A DNA stretch of 64,000 bases, taken from Gnetum montanum. Lineage: Eukaryota; Plantae; Gnetophyta. Positions 36,954 to 50,457 of this stretch are shown here, piece after piece. The notes under the pieces are model-generated. The model was given only the letters and a program-made list of their open reading frames with translations, was not told the DNA's origin and ran no database searches. Position 1 is the stretch's first letter. Every line of letters starts with the position of its first letter. The translations under genes were made by a program, and so were the position numbers. The stretch covers positions 1 through 64,000 of the forward strand of contig MNCI01000135.1 of assembly GCA_015680685.1 (NCBI GenBank). Direction: 5' to 3'.

Positions 36954-39700
36954 ATGACCATAGCGTGGAAGGGAACAAAAACAACAACCACAACAATAAC
37001 CTTAGGAGCAAGTGGATGAGGAAACCCATGCTACCAGGCTCCTACATGAGAAGTCCAAGGTGGAATCTTTTCACCAAATTCCCAAAGCAAAAATGAGACA
37101 ATTTACACAGGGTGAGATCCTAAGACCATAACCCAATCTAGATGGCATGCTCACAAAATCCTACTTGAAAAAGGCCTACAATAAAAAAACTCATAGTTCC
37201 ATCCTTTAGAACTAAGTTTTAGGGCATTCCTAAAGCTTTCACCAAAGGAAGTAAGGACATAACTACAAGGGTCTCCACTATGGTCCATTCTCTCCACTAA
37301 TGGAGAATGGTACATGGGGAAAACATACCTTTTTTGGAACAACTAACAAGGGAATGCAACTATCAAAATCAAGGATATTACCATCTCCTATTGGTTGAAG
37401 CAATAGCAGAGGTTCTCGAATTACCCAACATTGAGGTGAAGTTAGCAAAAATTTCTACTTATGTAGACCTAGAAGCAAAGAAATAATGAGTTCATCAATG
37501 TTATGCAATGAACCCCAAGTACATACCCTAACAAAGGCAAAGCAAGCCTACTTCAAGATCATAGACTACCACCTTAATCGAATGGTAAGGCAAAGTAAGA
37601 TGACTACCTTCTCCACTAGGACATGTATAAATCTAAGCAAAAAATTCTAAAATAACCTGCCTCAACTCATCTTTCTTGAAATAGATAAGTATTCAAAAGA
37701 AAATGAGAAGGGTAGGAAGACACTCCTCTTTCCATGTCTTATCAAAAAAATTTATAAAAAGGAAGGGATAGCCCACTCCTTCAATGATGTGATTTGCAAA
37801 GCTCCTATTGCATCATGGTAGGAGATTATGAAAGATAAAATGTCTATCAAGCTTCAACAAGAGGAGCAACCACCACTACCATCACATACAACATTGAAGA
37901 TGATACCACAAATGCTAGAAAGTGAAAAACATCTAGGAAAACTTAGAAAATAGTAGCTACAACAACAACCCTCCAAAGTTGGTGAAGAATACTTAGATAG
38001 ACCATGAGTCACTGAATGAGATCACAAGGATCATTAGATGGTCAAATGATGAAATGACCTTGTTATTCTCCTCACAAAGAAACTAGGCACCTATTCATTC
38101 CACTCCCAATGCAAGAAAAGTCACTATGTCCATCCTAGGCCTTCTCTATGATGCTAGAATAAGGTGAGCGAGTGATGGTCCTAGTAATGCCAAACAAGGG
38201 CCAATTGATAGTAATAGAGATGATGGTGGACAAAATTGGAGAAGCTCTAACTACTCCTATAGAATCTGTACTTGATGTTCCTACCAAGGTATATGTACAA
38301 GTCTTAATAGGAGCAAGAAGTATAGGGATGAGTGCAACCCAATAAGAGAAAGTTTTGGAGTAACTAGTCAAAGTGGCACATTCAATTCTGGAGATTTTTG
38401 ATCTTCTAAAAAACATGTCTACTACATATTTGCAACTACTAGAGACAAGGAGTAAGCTATTAATAGCAAATATGCAACTCAATAAGGCCACTGTTAGCAA
38501 TCAATAGTTGGTCACTAAGGTTGTATAAATCCAATCCTACTTATCGAATCCTTCCATTATTATCCTAGAGTTCATCAAAGATGAAGCTTACCAATAGCTT
38601 TAGCAAAAATATTAGAAGGCTAAGAAATCCAAGGATATGGAAATCTTTGATGCCTCACTATCAAAGGCAATGATGAATTTCTTGAGCCATGACCTTAAAT
38701 AGGTTCACAAGAAAAATATTATGCTATCCCTAGAAAATCATCAACTACAAAATGGGGAGTAATAGAAGGATCATATGGTTAAATAAATTTTCCAATAGTA
38801 GAAACAACTTGGCAAAGTAAACTTAGATTTTAGGAGGTTGGTTGTAGAGAATAATAATCTCTCAATGAAGCAGGTTCATGCCCTTTGCCAAAAGACTACA
38901 ATTAAGGTGATCGCCTAGAAAAATTAGGTCCTAAAATATGAATAAGTCAAGAATCACTACAAAGACTAGGTGAAGATGCTCAAAGAAATCAATGAAAATG
39001 AGATTAAGCTAGCAAAGGCGAAGGTGAATGAGGCTTTCTAATAACTCCAATAATGAGGTGATGTATGACAACCCATTAATGATGGACTAAACACCTACAA
39101 CCAAGCAAAAATTCACCTAAAAGAGTTGCAGATCAAGGAGATAATCGAGTGTATGAAACTTGCCAACCTCCATTATGTAAAACTGGCAATGCTGATAGCA
39201 AGAAGGCCAAGATCAAAATTAGAAAAGGAAGTAGATAGCTCCTACCTCCTTTATGAGATAGAGCTTAAGTTCCAAAAAGAGATTGAGAAAAAGCTATAAG
39301 TGGTCAATATAAAGCTTAAAATTCTTAGAAGAAAGTTCATAGAAAAAAGATCCATTATTGAGAACATCGCTAGGCGAATCAGTGACTACCAAGAGCTACA
39401 AAACCTTGTCCATACATTCAACTTCTTACATAAATAATTCAAAGCCTAGTTTTTCAACATGAAGAAGATGTTTCCCACACCATCATGCCCATGGGATATC
39501 CTAGTACTAGCTCATCTAAGCGAAGTAGCCTAAGCAATTCATGATCCACAAGGTAAAGAAAAGAAGATGAAGGCACTTCTTCATGCCTTCCAACTTTCAA
39601 CAATAGCAGTAGGGTAACCCAAACCTTCAACAGAGGAGGGATACAATGGAGGATCTTCTATGTCACAATAGCCTCTACCTCCAAGCACAATATAAATATT
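36954..39700 (+). pseudogene. Degenerate Athila env-like/extra ORF region
   Basis: Lies between INT and the 3' LTR. Remnants such as LWSILST..WY...YLFWNN..IKIKDITISY, AIAEVLELP and TLLFPCLIKKIYKKEGI resemble Athila env-like proteins, followed by K/E-rich coiled-coil-like sequence. Confidence 0.5.
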
Positions 39701-39930
39701 TTATTCTATCTCCATCCTTCCAGCAAGCACTTACCAATTTTCTATCGAAGTATCCAAGTTCTTTGTGCATTACATCAATTTTCTATCCATGTAAATTATA
39801 AGTGAAAATAATGCTCAAGAGTTTTTTTAATTATAGTTAGTCAATTAGTTCCATATGTTTCCATAATTTTTAAGAAACTTGATTTTATTTTGTTTACTCA
39901 AGGAAGAGTTTTTAGTCAATTGTGGGGGTA

Positions 39931-40804
39931 TGATGAGGCATTAATAAGTTAGATACATCAATGCATGCTCATCAATGCAACCTCATTAACGCATCCCTAT
40001 CAATACATCCTAGGATGCATTAATGTCTATGCATGAACACTACTCCTTCCAAAGCCTATATAAGTGTGTACACTAGCCATATTAATAGCACCTTTGGTTA
40101 GTCTAGTAGTTGAACTCTTGCAATTTTCTTCTATAGGACTTTAGAAAAATTTTCCTCTGACTTTTCACATCATGGATTGAATTAATTTTTTGAAATTTTA
40201 TTTAAGTGAAAAATATACCTAGATATAGTTGCATGAACAAAAATAAAATTGAGTTTTTCTCTCCATTGCAGCGCTTGGATCATCTTATGTTTACTTTCAA
40301 GGATTTTACATTACCTGCAGTTTACTTCTTGTACTTAAAGGTTTAATATTTTATTTCATAAGTAATGTGAGTATGGCCACTTCAAGCATAATATACTAAT
40401 TCTTGGTAATCTCAACAATGAATACTTGGTATGTTCAACAGTAAGCAATTGGTACCCAACAATATTGGTATACATTCAAGATGTGTAAAGAAAGTGGAAA
40501 AAAATGCTCTACATTTAGGATATTTTAGTTATTAATTAGTAATGTTAAATATTTTAACCTTCTCTTTCCTTAATACATTTTAAGATAACAATTATAAATA
40601 CAAATATCTTACACCTCAGTCACACTTAATCATATAGATAAAATTAACACAAGTGATGATTGAGAAGATAATGACCTATAACCTCATTTTTACCATCTAC
40701 AACATTAGTCACTTAAGTAGAAGGCATCCATGAAATTCATTTAGACCATGCATACATAGTTGTGAGTTTTATGGTTGGGTGTAGGATATGCCCGCTACTC
40801 ATTA
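39931..40804 (+). repeat. 3' LTR of Athila-like element
   Basis: Preceded by PPT TGTGGGGGTA; termini TGATG...CTCATTA (CA>TA); homologous to 16511-17369. Confidence 0.88.
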
Positions 40805-40809
40805 AACAC

Positions 40810-43072
40810 TTACTAAAAAATGGATTTACCTTCAACTAGGATAATAATTACCAAACTACCTTCAATAGAATGAAGCAAAAAATGGCTCAATTACTAACAA
40901 TGTATCCACCATAAAATAATAAGTCATTTTACATCTATCTAGCAACTTCTAATACATCTGTAGCTTTCTTGCTTTATCAAAAATGAGACAATCAAACTGA
41001 AACACCTATCTATTACCTAAGTCATGTCCTCATTGCCTGTGAAACTCAATACACCAAAGTTGAAAAGAATTACCTAGTGCTAATCTATTCTATCAAGAAG
41101 TGGTGACACAACCTTTTATAAAGACAATGTACTATGAGTCATTTCTTCTAACATATATGAAAATAGTAGAATTACCTAATGCAAAGCCATAGTGGCTAAA
41201 TTTGATCTATATATTTTGTTTCATAGACTATGACTAAAGGATAAGCTATCACCAATTAAATGGTTGTGCTCCCTACTAAAGATAATGCAACCATAGAGCT
41301 TGAGTTTCTAGATGAACATATCAACGCTATTAAAAATATACCTAATGGATATGAAGCAATACACAACTTTAATGGGGCCTCTAATGTATATGACACCAAT
41401 GTTGAAACCATTCTCATTCATCATGTAGGTGACATCTTGTCTTTATCTCTTTTTTTTTTCACTTTTTATGTACCAATAATATGGCTGAGTATGAAGGAAT
41501 TTTCCACAAGCTTATGGTAGCCCGTAATCAAAATTTTATACGATTGATTGTTAAAGATGATTCTCAACTAGTTGTTAACTAACCAATGTCTACGCTTATA
41601 AATTTGAACATAAGTTTTCACATTATAACCTAGCCAAGAAATTATTTGAAACCTTTGAAGACATTGACATCCAACATATGCCTCACAATGAAAAATACAT
41701 TAGTAGATGTCACAGCTACTTTGGCATTAACAGTAACACCTAAAGTACTATGTAAGCTACCATCACTGATAGTGGCTTACACTAAACCCATAACATAAGA
41801 GAGCCAAGAGATATCTATTGCCAGCATAGATAATGTTAGCCAACTCAAGTAGTTCAATGATATTAAACACTCTTTATTACATGGTAGACCTCCTTAACAT
41901 TTAAATTCAACATAAATGAATGTTGTATGTAAGAGAGATAAGCAATATGCTATCATGGTGAATAACATATTTTGTTGAAAATCATATGATGATATATTAT
42001 TACTTTTCCTTAGAAAAATTGAAGCTCAAGAAATATTACAACAAGTGCAAGAAGGTCTATGTGGAGGACATGTAGGACCTAGAATCATGGCCACCAAGGT
42101 TATGTACTTAGGTTACTATTGGCCTTACATGAAGCAAGATTACATGTAAAGAGGAAAAGCTTAACACTTTTCCATGACATGACAACCTCATATATGTTCC
42201 ATCAACAGAATTATATACAACATATATAACTTGGCCCTTTCAGTGATGGGGCCTTAACATAATCAAACCTATAACATCCAAGTTATCTCATCATTACTAC
42301 CACATAGTACTTTACTAAATTAGTAGAAGTCATCCCATTGAAATAAACATCACAACAAGTCTATCAATTTATCCTTGATAACATCATTTCTAGATTTGAT
42401 CTAGTACTAATCATAGTTACAGATAACAAAGCTCAATTCAGCATTGGTAAAACAAAATTTTCCTATAAAATAGTTAGGCATGTGGCACTCATTTTCTGTG
42501 CCTTATCACCTATAGGTTAATGGTTAGGAAAAAGCTAGTAGTCATACTATAACCAACCTACTTAAGATTATGATATCAAATAACACATGTATATGGCATG
42601 AACAAATATTATATGCCTTATGGACTTATAGGAAAAATTTCCACATTCCAACTAGTATTATGCATTATAGCCTTCTATATGGTTCCAAAGTCATCTTTCC
42701 CCTAGAATTACAAATTCAATCTTTAAGATCAACCTTATCTAACTACATTAATGAAGGTTAAAATAATACACAATGCATCATCAACCTTAACTCAATGGAG
42801 GAGCATCACTTACAAGCACTCGCTGGCATTGAACACTACCAAGAGAAGAAAAAGTAACAACATCACTTCAACTAAAATCAACAAAGCATTAAAGAGAATG
42901 AATTAGTCCTAAAAGATATCTATTAACCTACTAACAAGTTTGTACCAAATTGTGAGGGGACATTTCTAGTAACTAAGGCCTTCAGCAATGGTGCATTCAA
43001 AATTGTTAACATGGATGGAGCTGAGCTATCCAATCTAAGAAATCACTCATATCTAAAACCATATAATACCTA
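40810..43072 (+). mobile_element. Tat-clade pol continuation: RNase H, archaeal-like RNase H, integrase
   Basis: YIYLATS, PIYYLSH, YTKVEK (RH); FNGAS, TNNMAEYE, DDSQLVVN (aRH ~41350-41730); EGLCGGH, GYYWP, WPF, YFTK, LWTYR, FPLELQIQS (INT). Confidence 0.9.
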
Positions 43073-45424
43073 ACACTAGCATTATTTTTCTTATGTTTAT
43101 TTATATTTATATTAACAAGTTAAGCTAGGTATAGATAAAATAACCACATCTCATTACACAACTACAAACAAGTAAGCAAATGCATCCCTTTCGATGCTCC
43201 CTTTACCATTTTTTCTCTTTGAGAATGACTAAAATATAGTATAAACATTACTAACTCTACTAAGCATGCATGCTTAGGAAGCTTTAAATATTGCTCTATT
43301 ACTAACACCTATGTTAAAACTACTTAAACATGTGTTTCAAGCATAGACATAACATATCCTCTATTTCCACCTCTCCATGTCATTGCATGTGGCAATCTTT
43401 TTGAAATGGTTAGTTTATGTCTTCCTAGTTGTGTTGCCAGAGTATTCCAAAAGTTGTTTGAATGGTTCTATTCATTGAAGCACCAAGTTACCTTGTACCT
43501 TAATCACATCTTACTTTATTAAGATTTTTTAACCATGTTAACCAAATTTTCCTCAATCTTTTCCCCCTACTTATCTCATTTCACAATAATATTTGCAAAC
43601 ACATTTTCAGCTATCAAACTTTTCCTCATACAATAGTTTTATTCATCCATTCCCTTACTCCACCCATGTGAATTATTAACCTTGTGCCATGTGACAATAG
43701 TAAATACATGTATCTAAATGTTTAACATAATCATGATGACACTAAATCATTTTAAATGTTTAGTGTTAAATAGAAATGTTGCCTAAATCTACTACAGAAT
43801 TTTTGCAAGCATGGTAAAAATATTTTTACTTCCTAAAAAAAGATGGAGAAAGAAAAAGGAATTGCCATGAAGTTCAACCAAGGTTGAAGTATGAATATTA
43901 CAAAATTAACACTAAGTTCATCATAATGAAGCATTTTTTCCCTAAAGACATCCACAAATGACCAAATTACATCCAACCTAATTATCTCAAGAAAAAAGGA
44001 AAAAAGAAGAGAGTCATTGACACATCATTTGTAGCACCATATTATGGCTAGACACCTATGAATCAAAGTCACGATGGTCATCCCTTTCATGCTCAAAATC
44101 TTTCCCAAATACCTCATTAATTCCTAATATTAGCCTTGCACGCCCCTCTATTAACAATTTTCAACATCCATAAAAGCAAGTGTGACCTAGAAGTGTGTGC
44201 AATAAATCTACAATGGTATTTTATCATTCCTTATTGATATCTGTTGAGTCTAAACTCAAAACATCAATAAAGAGAGGCCAATGAAACACCTCAAAAGAAA
44301 CTAATTTGTAGCCCAAAACATAAAATCCATGTCTATGAAGTTTACTTATAACTTTGAAATGAAGATCATGCATGAAAGTAGCCTTTTATCTACTTCTCAA
44401 AAAGTCATTTTATGGTCTTTTTTACTTAAATTCTTCTAAATTTAACCTTAGTGTAAAATGTAAGAGTTTCAATGTGAATTGAGTCCAACATATTTTTGTT
44501 CATAGCATATGTTTCAAACTACATTAGAAAGTACACTGCAAAAGTTAACTTTCGGAAGGGTATGGTTTCTCATCACACATAATAGCTTACCTAACTACTT
44601 CAATGTGAAAATAGTATGCTCCATGCCTACAAAAGACACAACTAACACATTACATGGCAATTTTGGCATTTTAAAACCTTTGAGAAGATTTAGAGACCTA
44701 AGTTAGAATTCAGAAATTTTCATCAAAGAGTAGCATAAACTAGTGGTGCTAATCTTGGATCCTAATTTGCATTCATCTTAGAACTTGAAGCAATTCCTCT
44801 TCTTTATGCTCAAAAAGGAGAGTCCTAAACAAGCCCACCTTGCAATAGAACTTTCACAAAGTGAGATCATCCTAGAAGTAGGATATTAAGACACCTCATT
44901 AAGTTCCATGCTTGAAATAGTTCCTCTATCATTTTCAAGAATAGATCAACACCAAAGTCATGTAGCATCAAATGAACCTCTATAACTAGAGAAGCCTTGA
45001 AACCTCTACCTTATATCCAAGCATGTAGCATTCCTTAGACACTCTATGCCCATATCTATGCTCTCTAAACTTTTTTGCATACTTTAATACAAGTTTATAG
45101 TTATATTTTTTAGTTATCTTTATTTTATTGCAATGTTCACATTTGTTCTATTTCTTGTCAAAGATCTACTAGATCTAGAAATTATATTATAGTTACATGT
45201 TTTCAATGTTTTTTTATGCATTTTGCATCTTTTTCCCATCCATAATCCCTTAATGAATTGAGCTTTATCTATTGTGTTATTGCTAAAGATATTTGGTCTT
45301 CTAGCACCCAAATCCTTTCCATCACTACAAAGAATCATTAATAAAGAGTTAGTAGGAAAACCAATAGTTGTGAGGTAATAATAAGACCTTCTACTCTACT
45401 AACCTTCTTCTTAGAGCTAGGTAA

Positions 45425-48400
45425 TGTTGACCTTTTGGTATGTCAAAATCTTGGAAAATTAAGACTTTGGAAAGTGTATGTATGAGATCTTACAAGAGCA
45501 TGATGAGATTAAGATAAGAGTATGTTGAGACCCAGATGAAAGCTGAGTTATCAATTTGAAGTAACAAAGTTTCAACCAATATTACAAGAACTTGGAAGAA
45601 ATCATAGGGATGTACAACATCTAGAAGTCAAAAAAAGGTGTTCTATTATCTTCAAGAACATCCTAGAAGAATAGCAAACATCCCAGTTGCAAAGCTTAGT
45701 TTTAGGCTAGATGTCCCAAAAAAATAGCAAATGTCCCAAGTATTACTAAGACATCCTAGTCAAGACATGTCATGTTAGATGTCTCAATTTAAGTAAGACA
45801 TCTCACCTACAAGCATTTGAAAGTTAGTAAGATGTCTCAAGCTTGAGTAAGACGTCCCAACTAGCCATTTTCTAACCATTGTATGAACTCCAATGGTCAT
45901 TTCACAATGACAAAGGCTATAAAAGAGATTATATCTTTATGGAAAATAAAAAGCACAGTTCACATAAACATTCCCATCATTGTATACATCTAGTGAAGTT
46001 TTTGTACTTCACTTATTTATTTTGTAGTAGATCATGTAATTGTTGAGAACCTCAAAGCAAGAACTATGTAATTTGAGTACATTCTCTCCTTGATCTTTCT
46101 ATCATTCCTTTGTAAGCCATACAAGGATTCCATTATTCTTATGGTAATACATACTTGAGCTTGTTGGGACCTTGAGGGGTTAGGTGTGTTTCTAAGTAAA
46201 AACACCTTAAGCAAAGCTCAAAATATTATAAGGTTATGCAATCCTTAAACCCACATTTTTAGCTTGTTAGGACCATGTGGGATTCAATGTGTTTCTATGT
46301 ATAAAAAACCATTAAGGAGCTCAGACTTTGTAAAGGTTATGATGTCCTTGAAACCACATTTTTGAAAAAATACACTTCGGAGGTGTACAAGGGTTCTATC
46401 CTTAACCATGTACATCTATGTGCAATTTTTATTGTAGTTTTGATTTTAATTGGTGAAACATATTCAGAATCCCTTCTAAGTTCTAGATCTTCAAGTGGTA
46501 TTAGAGCCTAGTACTCTTACTTTTGATCATAATATCTTAGGATTGAAGGATGGAAGAAACATCATACAACAAGCCACCAATGTTGGAAGGCTTGAATGCA
46601 AGGATTCTTTGAATCCATGAAATTCAAAGTTTAGGAATCTAGCCTAGAGGGATACACTCCATCCACCAAAAACACTACAAGTGCTACAAAACCAAGAAGT
46701 GGACTCAAGATGAGAAAGATAAGTTTATGTTTGATTCTAAAGTAACAAAATCGTCTTTAATATGCTTTAAGTAAATCTAAGTTCAATAGAGCAATGGGTT
46801 TCAAAACTACCAAAGAGATTTCAAAGGTTCTAGAAGTTACTATGAAGGTCCATCTATTATTAAGTAATCCAAGCTTCTAGTTTCACAAAGTAAATATGAC
46901 AAATTAAAAATGAAAGGAGAGAAGATAAAAGATTACTTTTCTAGAGCAAGTGACTTAGTTGTAGCTATCAGAGCAACAAGAAAGGTTCTACCTAAAAGTG
47001 ATGTTATTATCAAAATGATAAGAACCTTGTAGCCTAAATTCAGACCTAAAGTAATAGCCATGAAGAAGATTAAGGGCTTCTTAGTCTTGAAGTTTGAAGA
47101 ACTTTAAAGTACACTTATAACTTATAAGATGAATCTCATAAGTGAAGGTGCAATCAAAGAAAAACCCATTACTCTCAAAAGGTCATCAAAGGAGAAGAAT
47201 CCATCTAATCATAAAATAAACAATGAAGATCAATGAAGACTTCAAGTACTGCTAGAACAAAAATGAAAGAGCTTCAATCAAACTTGCATGAAGGGTAAAG
47301 AAAAAAGGAAACATTTCAAAAATTATAATCTTGATGCATCTTCTATAGAATGTTGGATTTATCGTGATAGAGGCCATGTGACCTCCAAATGTCCAAGTGT
47401 TGGCAAGTTGCAAAAGAATTATCCCTCCAAAGATGAAATGAAAGGGAAATTTTCTACTCCAACTACAATGAAGAACATAGTGAGAAGGAAGTGGATAATA
47501 CTACTATAGATTCACATCTTTTTTTCATGGATCTTGCACATGAAAATTTCACAAAATATTTTGAAGAGCCTAAAAGAAATACTAAGGACAAGTACAATAT
47601 GATGCATGAGGAAATTATTTCTTTTTGGAATTTATGCATAAACATGAGAAGAACTCTATATCAGTCCTCTCATTTCAAAGAACACAAGCATGAAGAAGTA
47701 GCAACCTCAAATGAAATGAAATATTTAAATAGATACATTAATGACAAAAAATGTAAGGATCAATTTCATGAAAAGGAGGTACTCAACAATGGAGGACCTC
47801 ATCCTAAACATCAATAATCATACTACTATTTATAAGCAACCAAGATACATAATGGTAAGTATGATTGTAATCTTTATTCCTTCACCTGCTAAATGTAGTC
47901 TTGGTTAGTTTATTTCTAGAAATACTAGTGGTATGAAACTCTATTTAATGGATGTCATTGATTGGAAATCTTAGTAAATCCAAAGAAATCCTCACTTGAT
48001 CTTACAATATGTTGAGTTGCAAATAGAAGAAAATGACCGTCAAGGCTCTAGTAGACATTAAATTGGTTATTGATTGATGAAGTTTCAAAAACCATAAACA
48101 GACATGTCTCCATACTTGATCTTGGCATTGCAATACAGATTTAGTACTATGATGACTATTGATGCATAATTTGATACTAGGAATAAAGAATGCATCTCTA
48201 CAAGTAGCAAGATGATCCAAGAAGAGGATACTATTTTGTAATAGATGCATTGAATTTGGAGAAGCTAGGGGAAAGTCTGGTACATGTGCAAGGGGATCCT
48301 ATCCCTTATCTACAACCATCATTTTCTTGGGGCCACCTATGTAATGGGAGATTTCTAAGACTCTCATAAACATTCAAGTAGCAAGACTTTCCACTTTCAC

Positions 48401-50457
48401 ACTTATAACAAAATGAGAAAATAGAGTCTTACAACCCTACTCAACTATGTTGGATTCTAGCAATGGCTCAAAGCTAAAATTGTAAGTACAAGATTAAGTT
48501 TTTATATTACCTTAAGAAGTGTTCTTTAATGCTAGACTTTAGATATATATACCTGATATGATACGACATATTGTTGAGATATCAGGCATGATAGGTATGG
48601 AGCTATTCCTTCTTATGGATGCTTAATCCTTTTTGAGATATTGATTTGAGCATATTTTAATTTTTTTCCCTGCTAGTATTTTCATGGTAATCTATAATTT
48701 CTCTCTCCTTGCAATGGAATTAATTTGCATTATCTTTTTGCTGATGTTTGAGAAGAAGAAGAGATTTTAGAGTTAAGTTCATGAGGTGACTTACTTTACA
48801 TTTGGTAATAGTTTGTATATGGTAAATACTATTTGCTGAGACTTGGTTATTATTACTGTGGACATAGTCTTCATACTTATATGACTAATCTTGATTTAAT
48901 ATTTTTGGCATATACAGTAGATAGTGTTCTTAATAGCTTTCCTATATGATATATTCTTGGATACATACTTTTGTTTATCATGACATGATGTTTCAAAGAC
49001 AAGATACTTGTTTTTCAATGCTTAGCCTTTTATTTTACATGGAAGCTTTCCTGGATAGCAATTGAAAGGCTTTGATTATATTTTTTTTAGTGCTTAATAT
49101 ATTATATACTTTGGACTTGCATGTCAGATAGGATTGGATATTTTTTGTTGTGACTAATTCATGGTTAGCCCTATGAGATCATTTCTAATGGATGTGTAAT
49201 GATTAATTGTTATCCATCTCCTTTTCAATTCTTGTTGCCATAGGATTACTCTTTAGCATTTTATATAATTGTGATTTTAATTGCCTATCTAATACTATTT
49301 ATTATGTTATTATGTTAATCTATTTTCTCAAGTTTTTAACATTACCAAAAAGGGGAAGATTGTTGACATTTTGGAATGTCAAAATCTTGGAAAATGGAGA
49401 ATTTGGAGAGTGTACATATGAGATCTTGTAGGAGCATGATGAAATCCATATAAGAGCATGTTGAGACCAATATGAGAGCTAAGTTGTCAATCTCAAGTAA
49501 CAAAGTCTCAACCAAGATTGTAAGAACTTGGAAGAAGTCACAAGGATGTACGACATCTAGAAGTCAAAAGAAGATGCTCCAGTGTTTGCTAGAACATCCT
49601 AGAATAATAGAAGATGTCTTAGTTGCAAAGCTCAATTTCAAGCTAGACGTCCTAGAAAAATAGCAGATGTCCCAAGTGTTGTTGAGATGTCCCAATCAAG
49701 ACGTCTCATGTAAGATGTCCTAATAAAAGTGACATGTTCCACTTGAAAGCATATGAAAGTTAGTAAGACATCTCAAGCTTGAATGAGATGTTCAACCTAG
49801 CCATTTTCTAACCATTGTATGAACTCCAATGATCATTTGACAATGACAAAGGCTATGAAATAGATGATATAATTGTGGAAAATAAAAGTCACTATTCACA
49901 TGAATATTTCCATCATTGTATACATCTAGTGAAATTTTTATACTTTAATTCTTTATTTTTTAGTAGAGTATTGTAATTGTTGAGAGCCTCAAAGTAAGTA
50001 ATATGTAATTCGAGTACACGATCTTCTTGATCTTTCTTTTCTCCCTTTGTAAGCCTTGCAAGATTGATGTGCTTCTTGTAGAAAGGCATCCTTGAGCTTG
50101 TTGGAACCTTAAGGGGTTGGGTGTGTTTCTGAGCAAATACACCCCAAGCGAAGCTCAAGATATTCTAAAGGTTGTCCAATCCTTGAAATAATATTTTGTG
50201 CCTATTGGGACCTTGCAAGGATGGGTGTGTTTCTATGTCAAAACAACCCTTGTAGAGCTCAAACCTTATAAAGGTTGTGGTTTCCTTGAAACCATGTTTT
50301 TGAAGAAACAAAGTTCGAAGGTATGCAAGGATTCTACCCTCAAAATGTGCACATACCTACATTGGTGAATCATGTACATCTATGTGTAGTTTTTATTACA
50401 ATTTTGATTTTAATTGGTGTAACTTATTCAACCCCTCTTCTAAGTTCTCAATCTTCA
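45425..50457 (+). mobile_element. Non-autonomous SIRE-like Ty1/Copia element
   Basis: LTRs 45425-46493 and 49361-50457; TSD GGTAA/AGTAA; PBS TGGTATTAGAGCC (tRNA-iMet) at 46496; PPT AAAAAGGGGAAGAT; gag SYNKPPMLEG and knuckle ECWIYRDRGHVTSKCP. No recognisable RT or INT. Confidence 0.88.

Larger units (their letters stand above)
16511..40804 (+). mobile_element. Full-length degenerate Athila-like Gypsy element (with nested insertions)
   Basis: LTRs 16511-17369 and 39931-40804; perfect 5-bp TSD AACAC (16506-16510, 40805-40809). Internal order gag, PR (KALLDSSCGINLIS ~20170), RT, RH, INT, env-like ORF. Athila-type TTACTCAAGGAAGAG...TGTGGGGG motif before the 3' LTR. Confidence 0.88.

Noticed and set aside
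37151-37342. Antisense ORF with SSKGWNYEFFY resembling Tat antisense accessory proteins
   Set aside because: The plus strand reads better as an Athila env-like protein, so the motif is probably coincidental.
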